Assembly (NCBI GenBank): GCA_964363475.1
Contig: CAYIII010000002.1
Span: forward strand, 6,661 to 70,660
Direction of reading: 5' to 3'
DNA length: 64,000 nucleotides
Source: an uncultured Candidatus Saccharibacteria bacterium
GTDB taxonomy: Bacteria; Patescibacteriota; Minisyncoccia; UBA6257; UBA11618
The translations under genes and the position numbers were made by a program. Of this stretch, positions 8,171 through 16,888 are shown one piece after another (the stretch's first letter is position 1; every line of letters starts with the position of its first letter). The notes under the pieces were generated by a model that had not been told where the DNA came from, made no database searches, and worked only from the letters and a program-made list of their open reading frames with translations.

Positions 8171-8455
8171 TTAACCTTTCTCAACTTTCTTCGGCTGTCC
8201 GTGTACCGGTCGTTTTTTGTCTTCTATAATACTTGCCGTAATAAGAAGATTATGGACGGTGTCTGTTTTTTGCGCTCCGTTTTTCAGCCAATATAAAACC
8301 CTTTCCCCTTTAAATTCCATTTTATCTGTTTTTGGATTATACCAGCCCAGGTATTCCAGTTGTTTGCCGTTTAATTTAGTGCGTTTTTCTCCAATCACCA
8401 AACGGAAGTGAGCTTGGTGTTTTTTGCCAATTCTTTGCAGTTTTAGAACTAACAT
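8171..8455 (-). CDS. rpsP: 30S ribosomal protein S16
   Basis: KLQRIGKKHQAHFRLV, LGWYNP, YWLKNGAQKTDTV. Confidence 0.97.
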   Translation of the reverse strand: MLVLKLQRIGKKHQAHFRLVIGEKRTKLNGKQLEYLGWYNPKTDKMEFKGERVLYWLKNGAQKTDTVHNLLITASIIEDKKRPVHGQPKKVEKG

Positions 8456-8478
8456 AATTTTAGATTATGGTAATCTAT

Positions 8479-8925
8479 TTATTCAAAAGTGTAAAGTCCC
8501 GGAGTGCAACCTGGCGGTGGCTTAGAAGAACAACTCTTAGATTTAGACGAAATTTGCATGTCTATAATCTCAAAGTTAGTCACTTGGCCACCATTACAAG
8601 TCATTCCTATGGTCAATGCTAAATCAGTGAAAGTGCTTGAGTTGTCCCTGCAAGAACACCTAACTCCCTCCCATATGCAAGCGGCTCCGGTTCCAGTTGG
8701 CCAACTTAACCGAGTGATGCCACCTAAAGAAATAGCATTAGCTATAAAATTATTCACCGCCAAATCTCCGCTTTTAACTTGATAACCCGGACCAACATTA
8801 ACTGGCGCCGGAACATTGCCATCTGGCGGAGGAAGCGTCGGTTGCTGAAAAACGGCAAGAGCCAAATAATTCATTGCAAAAATAGATACGACAGCGATAA
8901 GAACCACTAAAAGCATATTATTCAT
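8479..8925 (-). CDS. Secreted hypothetical protein with Cys-rich C-terminus
   Basis: Signal-peptide-like N-terminus, PTLPPPDGNVPAPVNVG..QVKSG segment, 6 Cys in the C-terminal half. Confidence 0.65.
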   Translation of the reverse strand: MNNMLLVVLIAVVSIFAMNYLALAVFQQPTLPPPDGNVPAPVNVGPGYQVKSGDLAVNNFIANAISLGGITRLSWPTGTGAACIWEGVRCSCRDNSSTFTDLALTIGMTCNGGQVTNFEIIDMQISSKSKSCSSKPPPGCTPGLYTFE

Positions 8926-8975
8926 AATTTAATTTAATTATACTGAAACATATTTAAATGTTCATGTGGATAACT

Positions 8976-9662
8976 TTAATAAGGATGTCTTCTTAGGGCT
9001 TTTTTTGCGGCTTCCACCTCCGCTTCCTGTTTGGAATAACCCTCTCCCGAAGCCAAAAATTCGTCCTCCGAATAAACTCCCACTTTAAATAATTTTTGAT
9101 GTTCCGGCCCGCTTTCTTCCAGGTTTTTATAAGTCGGCGTAATTTTTTTCTCGCTTTGCATTTTTTCTTGCAGTAAGCTTTTGGCGTCTTTATAAGAGCC
9201 GTTGCGCAAAACCTCTTCAACTTTGATTAGAATAAATTTATTAACAAAATTTTTAATTTGAGAATAATCCGAGTCCAAATAAATCGCGCCAATGAGCGCT
9301 TCCATCGCGTTGGCGATAATAACATCTCGGGCCTTTCCCGTGTCTTTTGCCTCGCCTTTTGACAGTAAAATTTCTTTGTCCAGTATTATCTCTTTTCCTA
9401 TTTGAGCAAGAATTTGATAATTAACCAGAGCCGCCCTCAAGGTGGTCAGCTTGCCCTCGTCGTCATTTGGGAAGCGGTTAAATAATTCTTCCGTAACGGC
9501 TAATTCCAAAACAGCATCCCCTAAAAATTCCAATCTCTCGTTATGAGGAAATTTCCAGTCAGTATTTTCATTTAAATAAGAGCGATGCGTCATCGCCTCC
9601 TTCAAAAAAGATTGGTCTTTAAAATTATATTCAATTGTTTTTTCTAAATTAGATATGGACAC
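8976..9662 (-). CDS. rnc: Ribonuclease III
   Basis: HNERLEFLGDAVL signature; C-terminal dsRBD; GTG start. Confidence 0.98.
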   Translation of the reverse strand: MSISNLEKTIEYNFKDQSFLKEAMTHRSYLNENTDWKFPHNERLEFLGDAVLELAVTEELFNRFPNDDEGKLTTLRAALVNYQILAQIGKEIILDKEILLSKGEAKDTGKARDVIIANAMEALIGAIYLDSDYSQIKNFVNKFILIKVEEVLRNGSYKDAKSLLQEKMQSEKKITPTYKNLEESGPEHQKLFKVGVYSEDEFLASGEGYSKQEAEVEAAKKALRRHPY

Positions 9663-9663
9663 T

Positions 9664-10098
9664 TTAACTGGTTTTTTTGCTAGCTTCTATTTCTTTATAA
9701 ACAGTTCCCAATACTCCATTGATAAATTTTCCGGAATTAGGGCCGCCATAGTTTTTAGCGATTTCTATGGCCTCGTTAATGGCAACTTTTGGGGGCACTT
9801 CTTCGGGATTGGCATAAATTAATTCATAAAGCCCGATTCTTAACGCGTTTCTGTCAACTATTGCCACTCTTTCCAATGGCCAATCAGGAGCCGCCTTTCT
9901 AATAATATCGTCTAAGGTCTTCATATTTTCTACTATTCCATTAACTATTTTCCAAACAAAATCGGGCTCGTCTAATCCGGGAGCAAATTCATTAAGATTG
10001 CGCTCCACAGTTGATTTTAAATCAACTTTTTTGTCCCAAAAATCCCATTCATAAAGCGATTGAAGAACTATAGATCTTGCAAGGTGCCTTGTGGCCAT
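9664..10098 (-). CDS. nusB: Transcription antitermination factor NusB
   Basis: [36 protein letters not shown]. Confidence 0.97.
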   Translation of the reverse strand: MATRHLARSIVLQSLYEWDFWDKKVDLKSTVERNLNEFAPGLDEPDFVWKIVNGIVENMKTLDDIIRKAAPDWPLERVAIVDRNALRIGLYELIYANPEEVPPKVAINEAIEIAKNYGGPNSGKFINGVLGTVYKEIEASKKTS

Positions 10099-10106
10099 GT
10101 TTTATA

Positions 10107-10141
10107 AATTTTCAATTATCAATTTTTAATTTTCAATTATT
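10107..10141. repeat. Degenerate heptamer tandem array (5 units)
   Basis: aattttc aattatc aattttt aattttc aattatt between rpmF and nusB. Confidence 0.7.
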
Positions 10142-10150
10142 GATATGGTC

Positions 10151-10306
10151 TTACTTGTACTTTCCGCATTGTTTGCATGAACGATGTGGCAATACCGGTC
10201 CTCTGCAATTAGAACAGGCAAACAGGCCTATTTTTTTTAGAGCCAAGTGAGAGCGACGACGCCCCACTTTGCCCTTGCTATGATGTTTGACCGGTACTCC
10301 TCCCAT
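10151..10306 (-). CDS. rpmF: 50S ribosomal protein L32
   Basis: Below ORF-track cutoff; MGGVPVKHHSKGKVGRRRSHLAL...CSNC...PHRSCKQCGKYK zinc-ribbon form. Confidence 0.93.
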   Translation of the reverse strand: MGGVPVKHHSKGKVGRRRSHLALKKIGLFACSNCRGPVLPHRSCKQCGKYK

Positions 10307-10324
10307 ATACTTTGTATTAAAACA

Positions 10325-10353
10325 ATACTAACAATGATTGCTGAATTTGTCAA
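10325..10353 (-). promoter_or_regulatory. Promoter for rpmF-nusB-rnc
   Basis: TTGACA-17 nt-TAGTAT with extended -10 TG. Confidence 0.7.
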
Positions 10354-10408
10354 AATATGAGAGAAGTTTTTAATTAAATTTTTTTCTAGTTATACTTAAT
10401 TAAAAATA

Positions 10409-13400
10409 ATGTCTAAATTCGTCCATCTTCACACGCACAGCCACTATTCTTTGCTGGATGGTTTGGCGAAAATTCATGAGCTGGTTAATCGGGCCAAAGA
10501 ATTGGGTATGGATTCTTTAGCGTTAACTGACCACGGAAATCTTTACGGAGCCGTAGAATTTTATAAAGCCGCGAAAAGCGTCGGCATCAAACCCATCTTG
10601 GGAGTTGAGGCGTATTTGGCTCCGCGGTCTCGCACGGACAAAACACACGGCATAGATGATAAATACTTTCATTTAACGCTTCTTTGTAAAAATATTGACG
10701 GCTGGAAAAATTTAATTAAATTAATCACCAAAGCTAATTTAGAAGGATTTTATTATAAAGCCCGTGTTGATAAACAATTATTAAGACAATATCATGATGG
10801 GCTGATTGCCTTGTCCGGCTGTTTTTCCGGCGAATTGATTAAGAGTATTTTAGCCGGAAAAATAGAGCAGGCGGAAAAAATAGCGCTGGAGTATCAAGAT
10901 ATTTTTGGAGCGGGTAATTATTTTTTAGAAATAGGCCATCATCCCAATTGGTCTCCGCAAAATCATGAAAAAGCGCGCTCCGTTTTGATTTTATTAAGCA
11001 AAAAATTGAATATCCCGCTGGTTGCCACTCAAGACATCCATTATCTAAAGAAAGAAGACGCTCATTATCACGATATTTTAATGGCAATCGGCACTGGCAA
11101 TAAGATTGCCGACACTAACCGTCTGACGTTAAAAATGGACGATTTCTCTATGACTTCGCCCCAAGAAATGGCGGAAAGATTTAGCGATGTGCCGGAAGCG
11201 GTAGAAAATTCCGTCAAAATATCTGAACAATGCAATGTGGAATTTGTTTTAGGAAAGCCCATTCTCCCGTCTTTCCCTCTGCCGGAAGAAGAAACCCCGA
11301 ATTCTTTTTTAAGAAAAATAATAATGGAAAGATTGCCTCATCGCTACGAAAATATTACTCCGGAAATAAAAGAAAGAATTGAATACGAATTAACCGTTAT
11401 AGAAAAAACCGGCTATGCCGTTTATTTTCTTATCGTTCAGGATTTTATCAACTGGGCAAAAGAAAGAAAAATTATTGTAGGGCCAGGCCGCGGTTCGGCC
11501 GCCGGCAGTATAGTTTCTTATATCGCGGGCATAACCGATGTTGAGCCGTTAAAATTTAATTTGCTCTTTGAAAGATTTTTAAATCCCGACCGCATTCAAA
11601 TGCCTGACATTGACGTTGATTTGGCTGATTTGAGACGTAATGAAGTAATGGGATATTTAAATGAAAAATATGGCCGCGATAATGTCGCTCATATTATTAC
11701 TTTCGGCACTATGGCGGCGAGAGCCGCTATTCGCGATGTGGGGCGAGTGTTAGGCGTTCCTTATTCTCTTTGCGACAAAATTTCTAAAATGATTCCGTTT
11801 AATCAAGATTTGGACGATGCTTTAAGCAATGTTCCTGAATTGGCGGAAATGTATAAAAATGACCAATTGGTAAAAGAAGTTATTGACGGCGCCAAGCATT
11901 TGGAGGGCGTAGCTAGACACGCCTCCGTTCACGCCTGCGGCATTGTGCTTAGCAAGGAGTCCCTTACTGAATATTTGCCTTTGCAATATGCCCCGCAAGA
12001 CCCAAACACCATTATTACGCAATTTGAAATGCACGGCGTGGAGGATTTGGGATTATTAAAGATGGATATTTTAGGATTAAAAAACTTAACAATTTTAGAA
12101 AAAGTTACGCGTTTAATTAAAGAAAGCGGCAAGGGCGAAGTGGATGTTAATCATTTGCCAGTAAATGACAAAAAAACTTTTGAAATGCTGCGGGATGGAG
12201 ATACAACCGGAGTTTTTCAGTTTGAAAGCTCCGGCATGCGCCGTTATATGAAGGCCCTCAAACCAACGGAGCTGGAGGACTTAGTTGCGCTGGTTGCCGC
12301 TTATCGTCCCGGACCGATGGAACTTATCCCCTCTTTCATTAAAAGAAAACACGGTCAAGAAAAAATAACCTATCTGCATCCTAAATTAGAGCCGATTATG
12401 AAAAATACTTACGGCGTGGGCATTTATCAGGAACAAATGATGCAAATTGCCCGTGATTTAGCCGGCTTTACTTTGGCGGAGGCCGATACTTTGCGTAAAG
12501 CAATAGGCAAAAAAATTAAGGAATTATTGGATAAGCAAAAAGACAAGCTTGTAAACGGAATGATAAGCAATGGAATTGAACCGACAATTGCCAGAGCTAT
12601 TTGGGATATGTTTCCTCCGTTTGCCAAATACGGCTTCAATAAAAGTCACGCGGTTTGTTATGCCTACATTGGCTATCAAACTGCCTACCTGAAAGCGCAT
12701 TACCCCACTGAATTTATGACGGGACTTTTTAACGCGGATGCGGGCGATGTGGACAGAGCTACTTTTTTAGCCGGAGAATGCGCGAAAATGGAAATCAAAA
12801 TTTTGCCCCCCGATATAAATAAAAGCTGGTCTAATTTTACTCCCGGCGATAAATCAATCCAATTTGGTTTATTGGCTATTAAAAATGTCGGCCAAAATAT
12901 TGTTGAGGCCATTATCGCGGAAAGACAAAATGGCGGGCCATTTAAGGGACTGTCTGATTTTCTTTTTAGAATCCAACATAAAGACCTTAATAAAAAGTCG
13001 TTGGAAAGTTTGATTAAATGCGGCGCTTTAGATTTATTTGGCGCGGAAAGAGGCCTTTTATTGGCCAATCTGGAGGATTTATTAAAGTTTAACAATAATA
13101 TAAAAAAACAGCGCCTTAACAATCAGATAGGTTTATTTATTCATGATTTTTCTAATACCGTCCTAAAATTAAAACAGGCGTCAGAAATTCCCCTTATGGA
13201 AAAATTATCATGGGAAAAGGAATTATTGGGATTATATATTTCAGACCATCCTTTAAATTCTTATCGCCAGAAAATTAAAAATATGCAGGCCATGTCGTTA
13301 AAAGACGCGATGACGGTTAAATCAGAACTTCAGGATATTATCATTGTGGGACTGGTAACCAGAGCTCAAAAAATAATTACCAAAACCGGCAAGCCCATGC

Positions 13401-13573
13401 TTTTTGCTAAAGTGGAAGATTTTATGCACAACATGGAAGTGATAGTTTTTCCCGAGACATTTTTGAAAACAGCCAGCGTATGGAGAGAAAATGCCGTTGT
13501 GGGTATTTTAGGAAGAATGTCGTGGCGGGATGGAGAGCCAAAGCTGATTTGCAATAATGCCAAGGAGTTATAA
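10409..13573 (+). CDS. dnaE: DNA polymerase III subunit alpha
   Basis: PHP HLHTHSHYSLLDG, GPGRGSAAGS, MPDIDVD, YGFNKSH, OB fold. Confidence 0.98.
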   Translation: MSKFVHLHTHSHYSLLDGLAKIHELVNRAKELGMDSLALTDHGNLYGAVEFYKAAKSVGIKPILGVEAYLAPRSRTDKTHGIDDKYFHLTLLCKNIDGWKNLIKLITKANLEGFYYKARVDKQLLRQYHDGLIALSGCFSGELIKSILAGKIEQAEKIALEYQDIFGAGNYFLEIGHHPNWSPQNHEKARSVLILLSKKLNIPLVATQDIHYLKKEDAHYHDILMAIGTGNKIADTNRLTLKMDDFSMTSPQEMAERFSDVPEAVENSVKISEQCNVEFVLGKPILPSFPLPEEETPNSFLRKIIMERLPHRYENITPEIKERIEYELTVIEKTGYAVYFLIVQDFINWAKERKIIVGPGRGSAAGSIVSYIAGITDVEPLKFNLLFERFLNPDRIQMPDIDVDLADLRRNEVMGYLNEKYGRDNVAHIITFGTMAARAAIRDVGRVLGVPYSLCDKISKMIPFNQDLDDALSNVPELAEMYKNDQLVKEVIDGAKHLEGVARHASVHACGIVLSKESLTEYLPLQYAPQDPNTIITQFEMHGVEDLGLLKMDILGLKNLTILEKVTRLIKESGKGEVDVNHLPVNDKKTFEMLRDGDTTGVFQFESSGMRRYMKALKPTELEDLVALVAAYRPGPMELIPSFIKRKHGQEKITYLHPKLEPIMKNTYGVGIYQEQMMQIARDLAGFTLAEADTLRKAIGKKIKELLDKQKDKLVNGMISNGIEPTIARAIWDMFPPFAKYGFNKSHAVCYAYIGYQTAYLKAHYPTEFMTGLFNADAGDVDRATFLAGECAKMEIKILPPDINKSWSNFTPGDKSIQFGLLAIKNVGQNIVEAIIAERQNGGPFKGLSDFLFRIQHKDLNKKSLESLIKCGALDLFGAERGLLLANLEDLLKFNNNIKKQRLNNQIGLFIHDFSNTVLKLKQASEIPLMEKLSWEKELLGLYISDHPLNSYRQKIKNMQAMSLKDAMTVKSELQDIIIVGLVTRAQKIITKTGKPMLFAKVEDFMHNMEVIVFPETFLKTASVWRENAVVGILGRMSWRDGEPKLICNNAKEL

Positions 13574-13589
13574 TATATAAGCCAGTAGT

Positions 13590-13615
13590 GGTCTTTGAAA
13601 CTTTACATAAAGGAG
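13590..13615 (+). promoter_or_regulatory. boxA-like motif plus SD in desaturase 5' UTR
   Basis: GGTCTTTGAAACT followed by AAGGAG; similar arrangement at several other accessory genes. Confidence 0.55.
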
Positions 13616-13625
13616 TGATGTTGTT

Positions 13626-14591
13626 ATGAATAAGTCGTTACGGGAAACAGAAATAGAATTTTTGAGATATGAAGAAGATAAGATTAATCATAATGCCGAT
13701 TTATATAAAAGGTACGGCAAGCCAATTTTCTGGCGTTGGTTAATCAATATTTTAGCAGATTGGATTGTCGTTATTGGGGTTTATTGGCTTATGAGTTGGT
13801 CCAATAATAATGTTTCCTATTGGTTGTTGCCTGGTATTTATTTTATAGCTATTTTAGTTATTGGTAATCGCCAGCACGCTATTTCCGTAATGGGTCATGA
13901 AGGAACGCATCGTTTAGCTAGTCAAATTCGTTGGTTTAATGATTTTGTTACTGATTTTTTTTGTTGGTGGCCTTTAGGAACCGGCTTTAAAAGATTTCGT
14001 TTATTTCACATGGAGCATCATCGTTATTTGGGGACAGAGCTGGATCCAGAATATGGCAAGAAAGTTATTTCTGATCCAATTTTTGATATTCCCAAAACAA
14101 AAGGTCAAATTGTGAGGCGTTTCTTATTGGGATTGATAGGATTTCATGGCGGTTGGAAGGAATTATTTGCAGCTATCTGGGATTTTCGTCCGATAACTTT
14201 TTACGAAAATATTGGCCTTTGGCTTTGGCGAGGAGCAGTCTTTCTTATTTTGTGGCAATTACAAATCTGGTGGTGGGCTATTCCTTTATGGTTTATAGCT
14301 CAAGGCACTGCTTTTTGGTCTATGTTTCGTTTACGACTTTGGACAGAACATGTCGGTACTTCTGAGACACATCGTGTTTGGGTACCTTTATGGCAGAGAA
14401 TTTTATACTTACCTCATTATGTTTGGCTTCATTGGGAGCATCATCAATGGGATTTTATTCCTTTTTGGAATTTACCTAAAGTGCGTCTTTTGAATCAATC
14501 GGTGAAAATTATTCCTGTTGGCGAGGTACTTGATTCTTACGCTACAAGTCATTTTTATAAGACTGGGATTGTAAGGGAAACGTTGGTATAG
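13626..14591 (+). CDS. Membrane fatty acid desaturase family protein
   Basis: Three His boxes HEGTH, HMEHH, HWEHH plus TEH; multiple TM segments. Confidence 0.88.
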   Translation: MNKSLRETEIEFLRYEEDKINHNADLYKRYGKPIFWRWLINILADWIVVIGVYWLMSWSNNNVSYWLLPGIYFIAILVIGNRQHAISVMGHEGTHRLASQIRWFNDFVTDFFCWWPLGTGFKRFRLFHMEHHRYLGTELDPEYGKKVISDPIFDIPKTKGQIVRRFLLGLIGFHGGWKELFAAIWDFRPITFYENIGLWLWRGAVFLILWQLQIWWWAIPLWFIAQGTAFWSMFRLRLWTEHVGTSETHRVWVPLWQRILYLPHYVWLHWEHHQWDFIPFWNLPKVRLLNQSVKIIPVGEVLDSYATSHFYKTGIVRETLV

Positions 14592-14597
14592 ACAATT

Positions 14598-14617
14598 GCT
14601 CCGAAAGGGGCTTTTTT
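14598..14617 (+). terminator. Intrinsic terminator of desaturase gene
   Basis: GCTCC-GAAA-GGGGC followed by T6. Confidence 0.7.
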
Positions 14618-14644
14618 ATTAAATGATCATCTAAATAGGATTAT

Positions 14645-14693
14645 TAATTCCTAATTCTTGCTTCTTAATTTCTAATTCTTTATTCTTAAACTA
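14645..14693. repeat. Degenerate heptamer tandem array (7 units) abutting thrS ATG
   Basis: taattcc taattct tgcttct taatttc taattct ttattct taaacta. Confidence 0.7.
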
Positions 14694-15899
14694 ATGAAAC
14701 ATCGAGATCATCGTGAGTTAGGGCAGTTGATGGATTTATTTTCTTTTCACGACATTGCTCCCGGCGCGCCTTTTTGGCATCCCAAAGGAATGATTATTTT
14801 CCGCGAATTAGAAAAATTAGGGCGATATATCAATGATAAAAATGATTATCAGGAGATTTCCACTCCGATAATGGTGAAGGCGGAAGTTTTTAAAAAATCG
14901 GGGCATTGGGACCATTATCGTGATAATATGTTTTATTTTAGAAATCCCGTTGATGAAAAAGAAGAGTTAGTTATCAAACCCATGAATTGTCCCGAATCCA
15001 CTTATGTTTTTAATGCAAAAGTACGAAGTTATCGTGAGTTGCCGTTAAGATTGGCTGAAATTGGACGACTGCATCGCAATGAACTGTCTGGCACTTTAGG
15101 CGGCATGTTTCGCGTAAGGCAAATTACTATGGACGACGCGCATATTTATTGTCGTCCCGATCAAGTTGAGGATGAAGTAAAAAATATTATTGATATTTTT
15201 GAGAAGTTTTATTCTATTTTTGAAATGAAACCGCGCTATGTTTTGGCTACAAGGCCGGAAAAGTTTTTAGGCGATAAAGAAGATTGGAACAAGGCGGAAG
15301 AGTCCCTAATAAGCGCTCTAAAGAAAAGCGAAATTAAATATGAAATAAAACAAGGTGAAGGCGCTTTTTACGGACCAAAAATTGAAGTTCATTTAAAAGA
15401 TTCGCAAGAGCGCGATTGGCAAATGGGCACCGCTCAACTGGATTTAGTTATGTTGCCGAAACAATTTGACGTTCGTTATATAGACGAGAGTGGACAAAAG
15501 AAAATGCCGTGGGTAATACATCGCGCTATTTTCGGTTCTTTTGAGAGATTTATCGGCATGCTGTTAGAACATCTTGACGGCAGTTTGCCGATTTGGCTTT
15601 CGCCTGTTCAGGTCTCTGTGATTAATGTTGGAGAAAAACATTTAGAATATGCCCAAAAAATTAAAAAAGAGTTGGAAAAAATTGGCGTGAGAGTTAGTTT
15701 AGATGAACAAAATTTAACTGTCGGCAAAAAAATAAGAGAAACGGACACGCAAAAAATTCCTCTGGCCGTTGTCGTCGGGGATAAAGAGGTTAACGATAAC
15801 ATGGTCAGTTTAAGAGAACTGGGCGAAGATAAGGGCGTTTTTTCTTTAAAAGAATTTTCAGAGAATATTTTAAAAAAAGTAACCCCCCCGTCTTTTTAA
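14694..15899 (+). CDS. thrS: Threonine--tRNA ligase (catalytic + anticodon domains only)
   Basis: Starts at RDHRELG; KPMNCP, RVRQITMDDAH, GEGAFYGPK, HRAIFGSFERF; 401 aa. Confidence 0.95.
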   Translation: MKHRDHRELGQLMDLFSFHDIAPGAPFWHPKGMIIFRELEKLGRYINDKNDYQEISTPIMVKAEVFKKSGHWDHYRDNMFYFRNPVDEKEELVIKPMNCPESTYVFNAKVRSYRELPLRLAEIGRLHRNELSGTLGGMFRVRQITMDDAHIYCRPDQVEDEVKNIIDIFEKFYSIFEMKPRYVLATRPEKFLGDKEDWNKAEESLISALKKSEIKYEIKQGEGAFYGPKIEVHLKDSQERDWQMGTAQLDLVMLPKQFDVRYIDESGQKKMPWVIHRAIFGSFERFIGMLLEHLDGSLPIWLSPVQVSVINVGEKHLEYAQKIKKELEKIGVRVSLDEQNLTVGKKIRETDTQKIPLAVVVGDKEVNDNMVSLRELGEDKGVFSLKEFSENILKKVTPPSF

Positions 15900-15908
15900 C
15901 GGAGGGTA
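15881..15908. terminator. Hairpin between convergent thrS and hypothetical gene
   Basis: acccccccgt ... acggagggt; on minus strand followed by a T-rich tract. Confidence 0.55.
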
Positions 15909-16331
15909 TTATTTCATAATTTGTATTTCTTGAAGAATAATACGGGGATATTCTTCGTCAAACACGTGAATAACTATTCCAGCAATCTCTTTATTTCTTC
16001 TCATGAGTCTTACTATCCATTTTTCTCTTTTTTCCAGTTTATGCCATTGCCCGTCTATTTTTATGATGGTATTCATCTTTTTTTCATTATTATTTTCCCA
16101 CCACATTTGTATGCGCGACTCATTGTGGTCAAAAATACTTACAAGGCGCGCGCGAATTATCTCGTTATTAAAGTTATGACGGTAACTTCTTACAGTCAGA
16201 ATCGGACCCTTGCCCTTTTTCGCTTCTCTTTTCTTGCTTGTTACCCATTCTTTCTGAAAATAAAAATAAGTTGTCGTGTATAATTCCCAGCCAGTTACGT
16301 TTATTTCTTTAACCCCGTTTTTTGCTTTCAT
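15909..16331 (-). CDS. Hypothetical protein
   Basis: 140-aa ORF, 2 nt downstream of preceding ORF; no recognised family. Confidence 0.6.
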   Translation of the reverse strand: MKAKNGVKEINVTGWELYTTTYFYFQKEWVTSKKREAKKGKGPILTVRSYRHNFNNEIIRARLVSIFDHNESRIQMWWENNNEKKMNTIIKIDGQWHKLEKREKWIVRLMRRNKEIAGIVIHVFDEEYPRIILQEIQIMK

Positions 16332-16333
16332 AA

Positions 16334-16828
16334 TTAAAACTCCTGTGATGACGATTGTCTGGTGGTCGTATGAACTTGTGTTGGTTTGCCGGTATGTTTA
16401 TTTATAATAACGAACTGAATTGCATAAACGCCTTTTTTATCTAAACTACTAACAAAGTTAGATTCGCTTATTGTTTCATTTTCATCTAATTGCCACCAAT
16501 TATTTTTGCCTTTTATTAAAATACGCGATTCTTTCAGGTCAATGTCATATAAAGTTTTTTCACGAATTACTATTGGCCCATGTTGGAACAGGCAAACAAC
16601 AGAAAGATCCACTTCTTTTACGGCTGTTCCATCTCCCTTAAATACACCGCTGAATTTATATGCCCATCCCAGTAAATCTTTTTTAGAAACCATAGAGGGT
16701 CTAACCTCTATGATGCTAATATGGCCGTCAGACGGATTGACTTGACACAAAACGGCATTTTTTATTCTTAATTGCCACGGCGGATATGGACGGGCAAAAT
16801 CTATGTTAATAGGCTGGACAATTTTCAT
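16334..16828 (-). CDS. Hypothetical protein
   Basis: 164-aa ORF with SD AAGGGGA; no recognised family. Confidence 0.65.
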   Translation of the reverse strand: MKIVQPINIDFARPYPPWQLRIKNAVLCQVNPSDGHISIIEVRPSMVSKKDLLGWAYKFSGVFKGDGTAVKEVDLSVVCLFQHGPIVIREKTLYDIDLKESRILIKGKNNWWQLDENETISESNFVSSLDKKGVYAIQFVIINKHTGKPTQVHTTTRQSSSQEF

Positions 16829-16888
16829 TGTCTATCCCCTTTTCATTTTGACAAGGTTCTGTCTGATTTTAACGATACACGATTTGTT

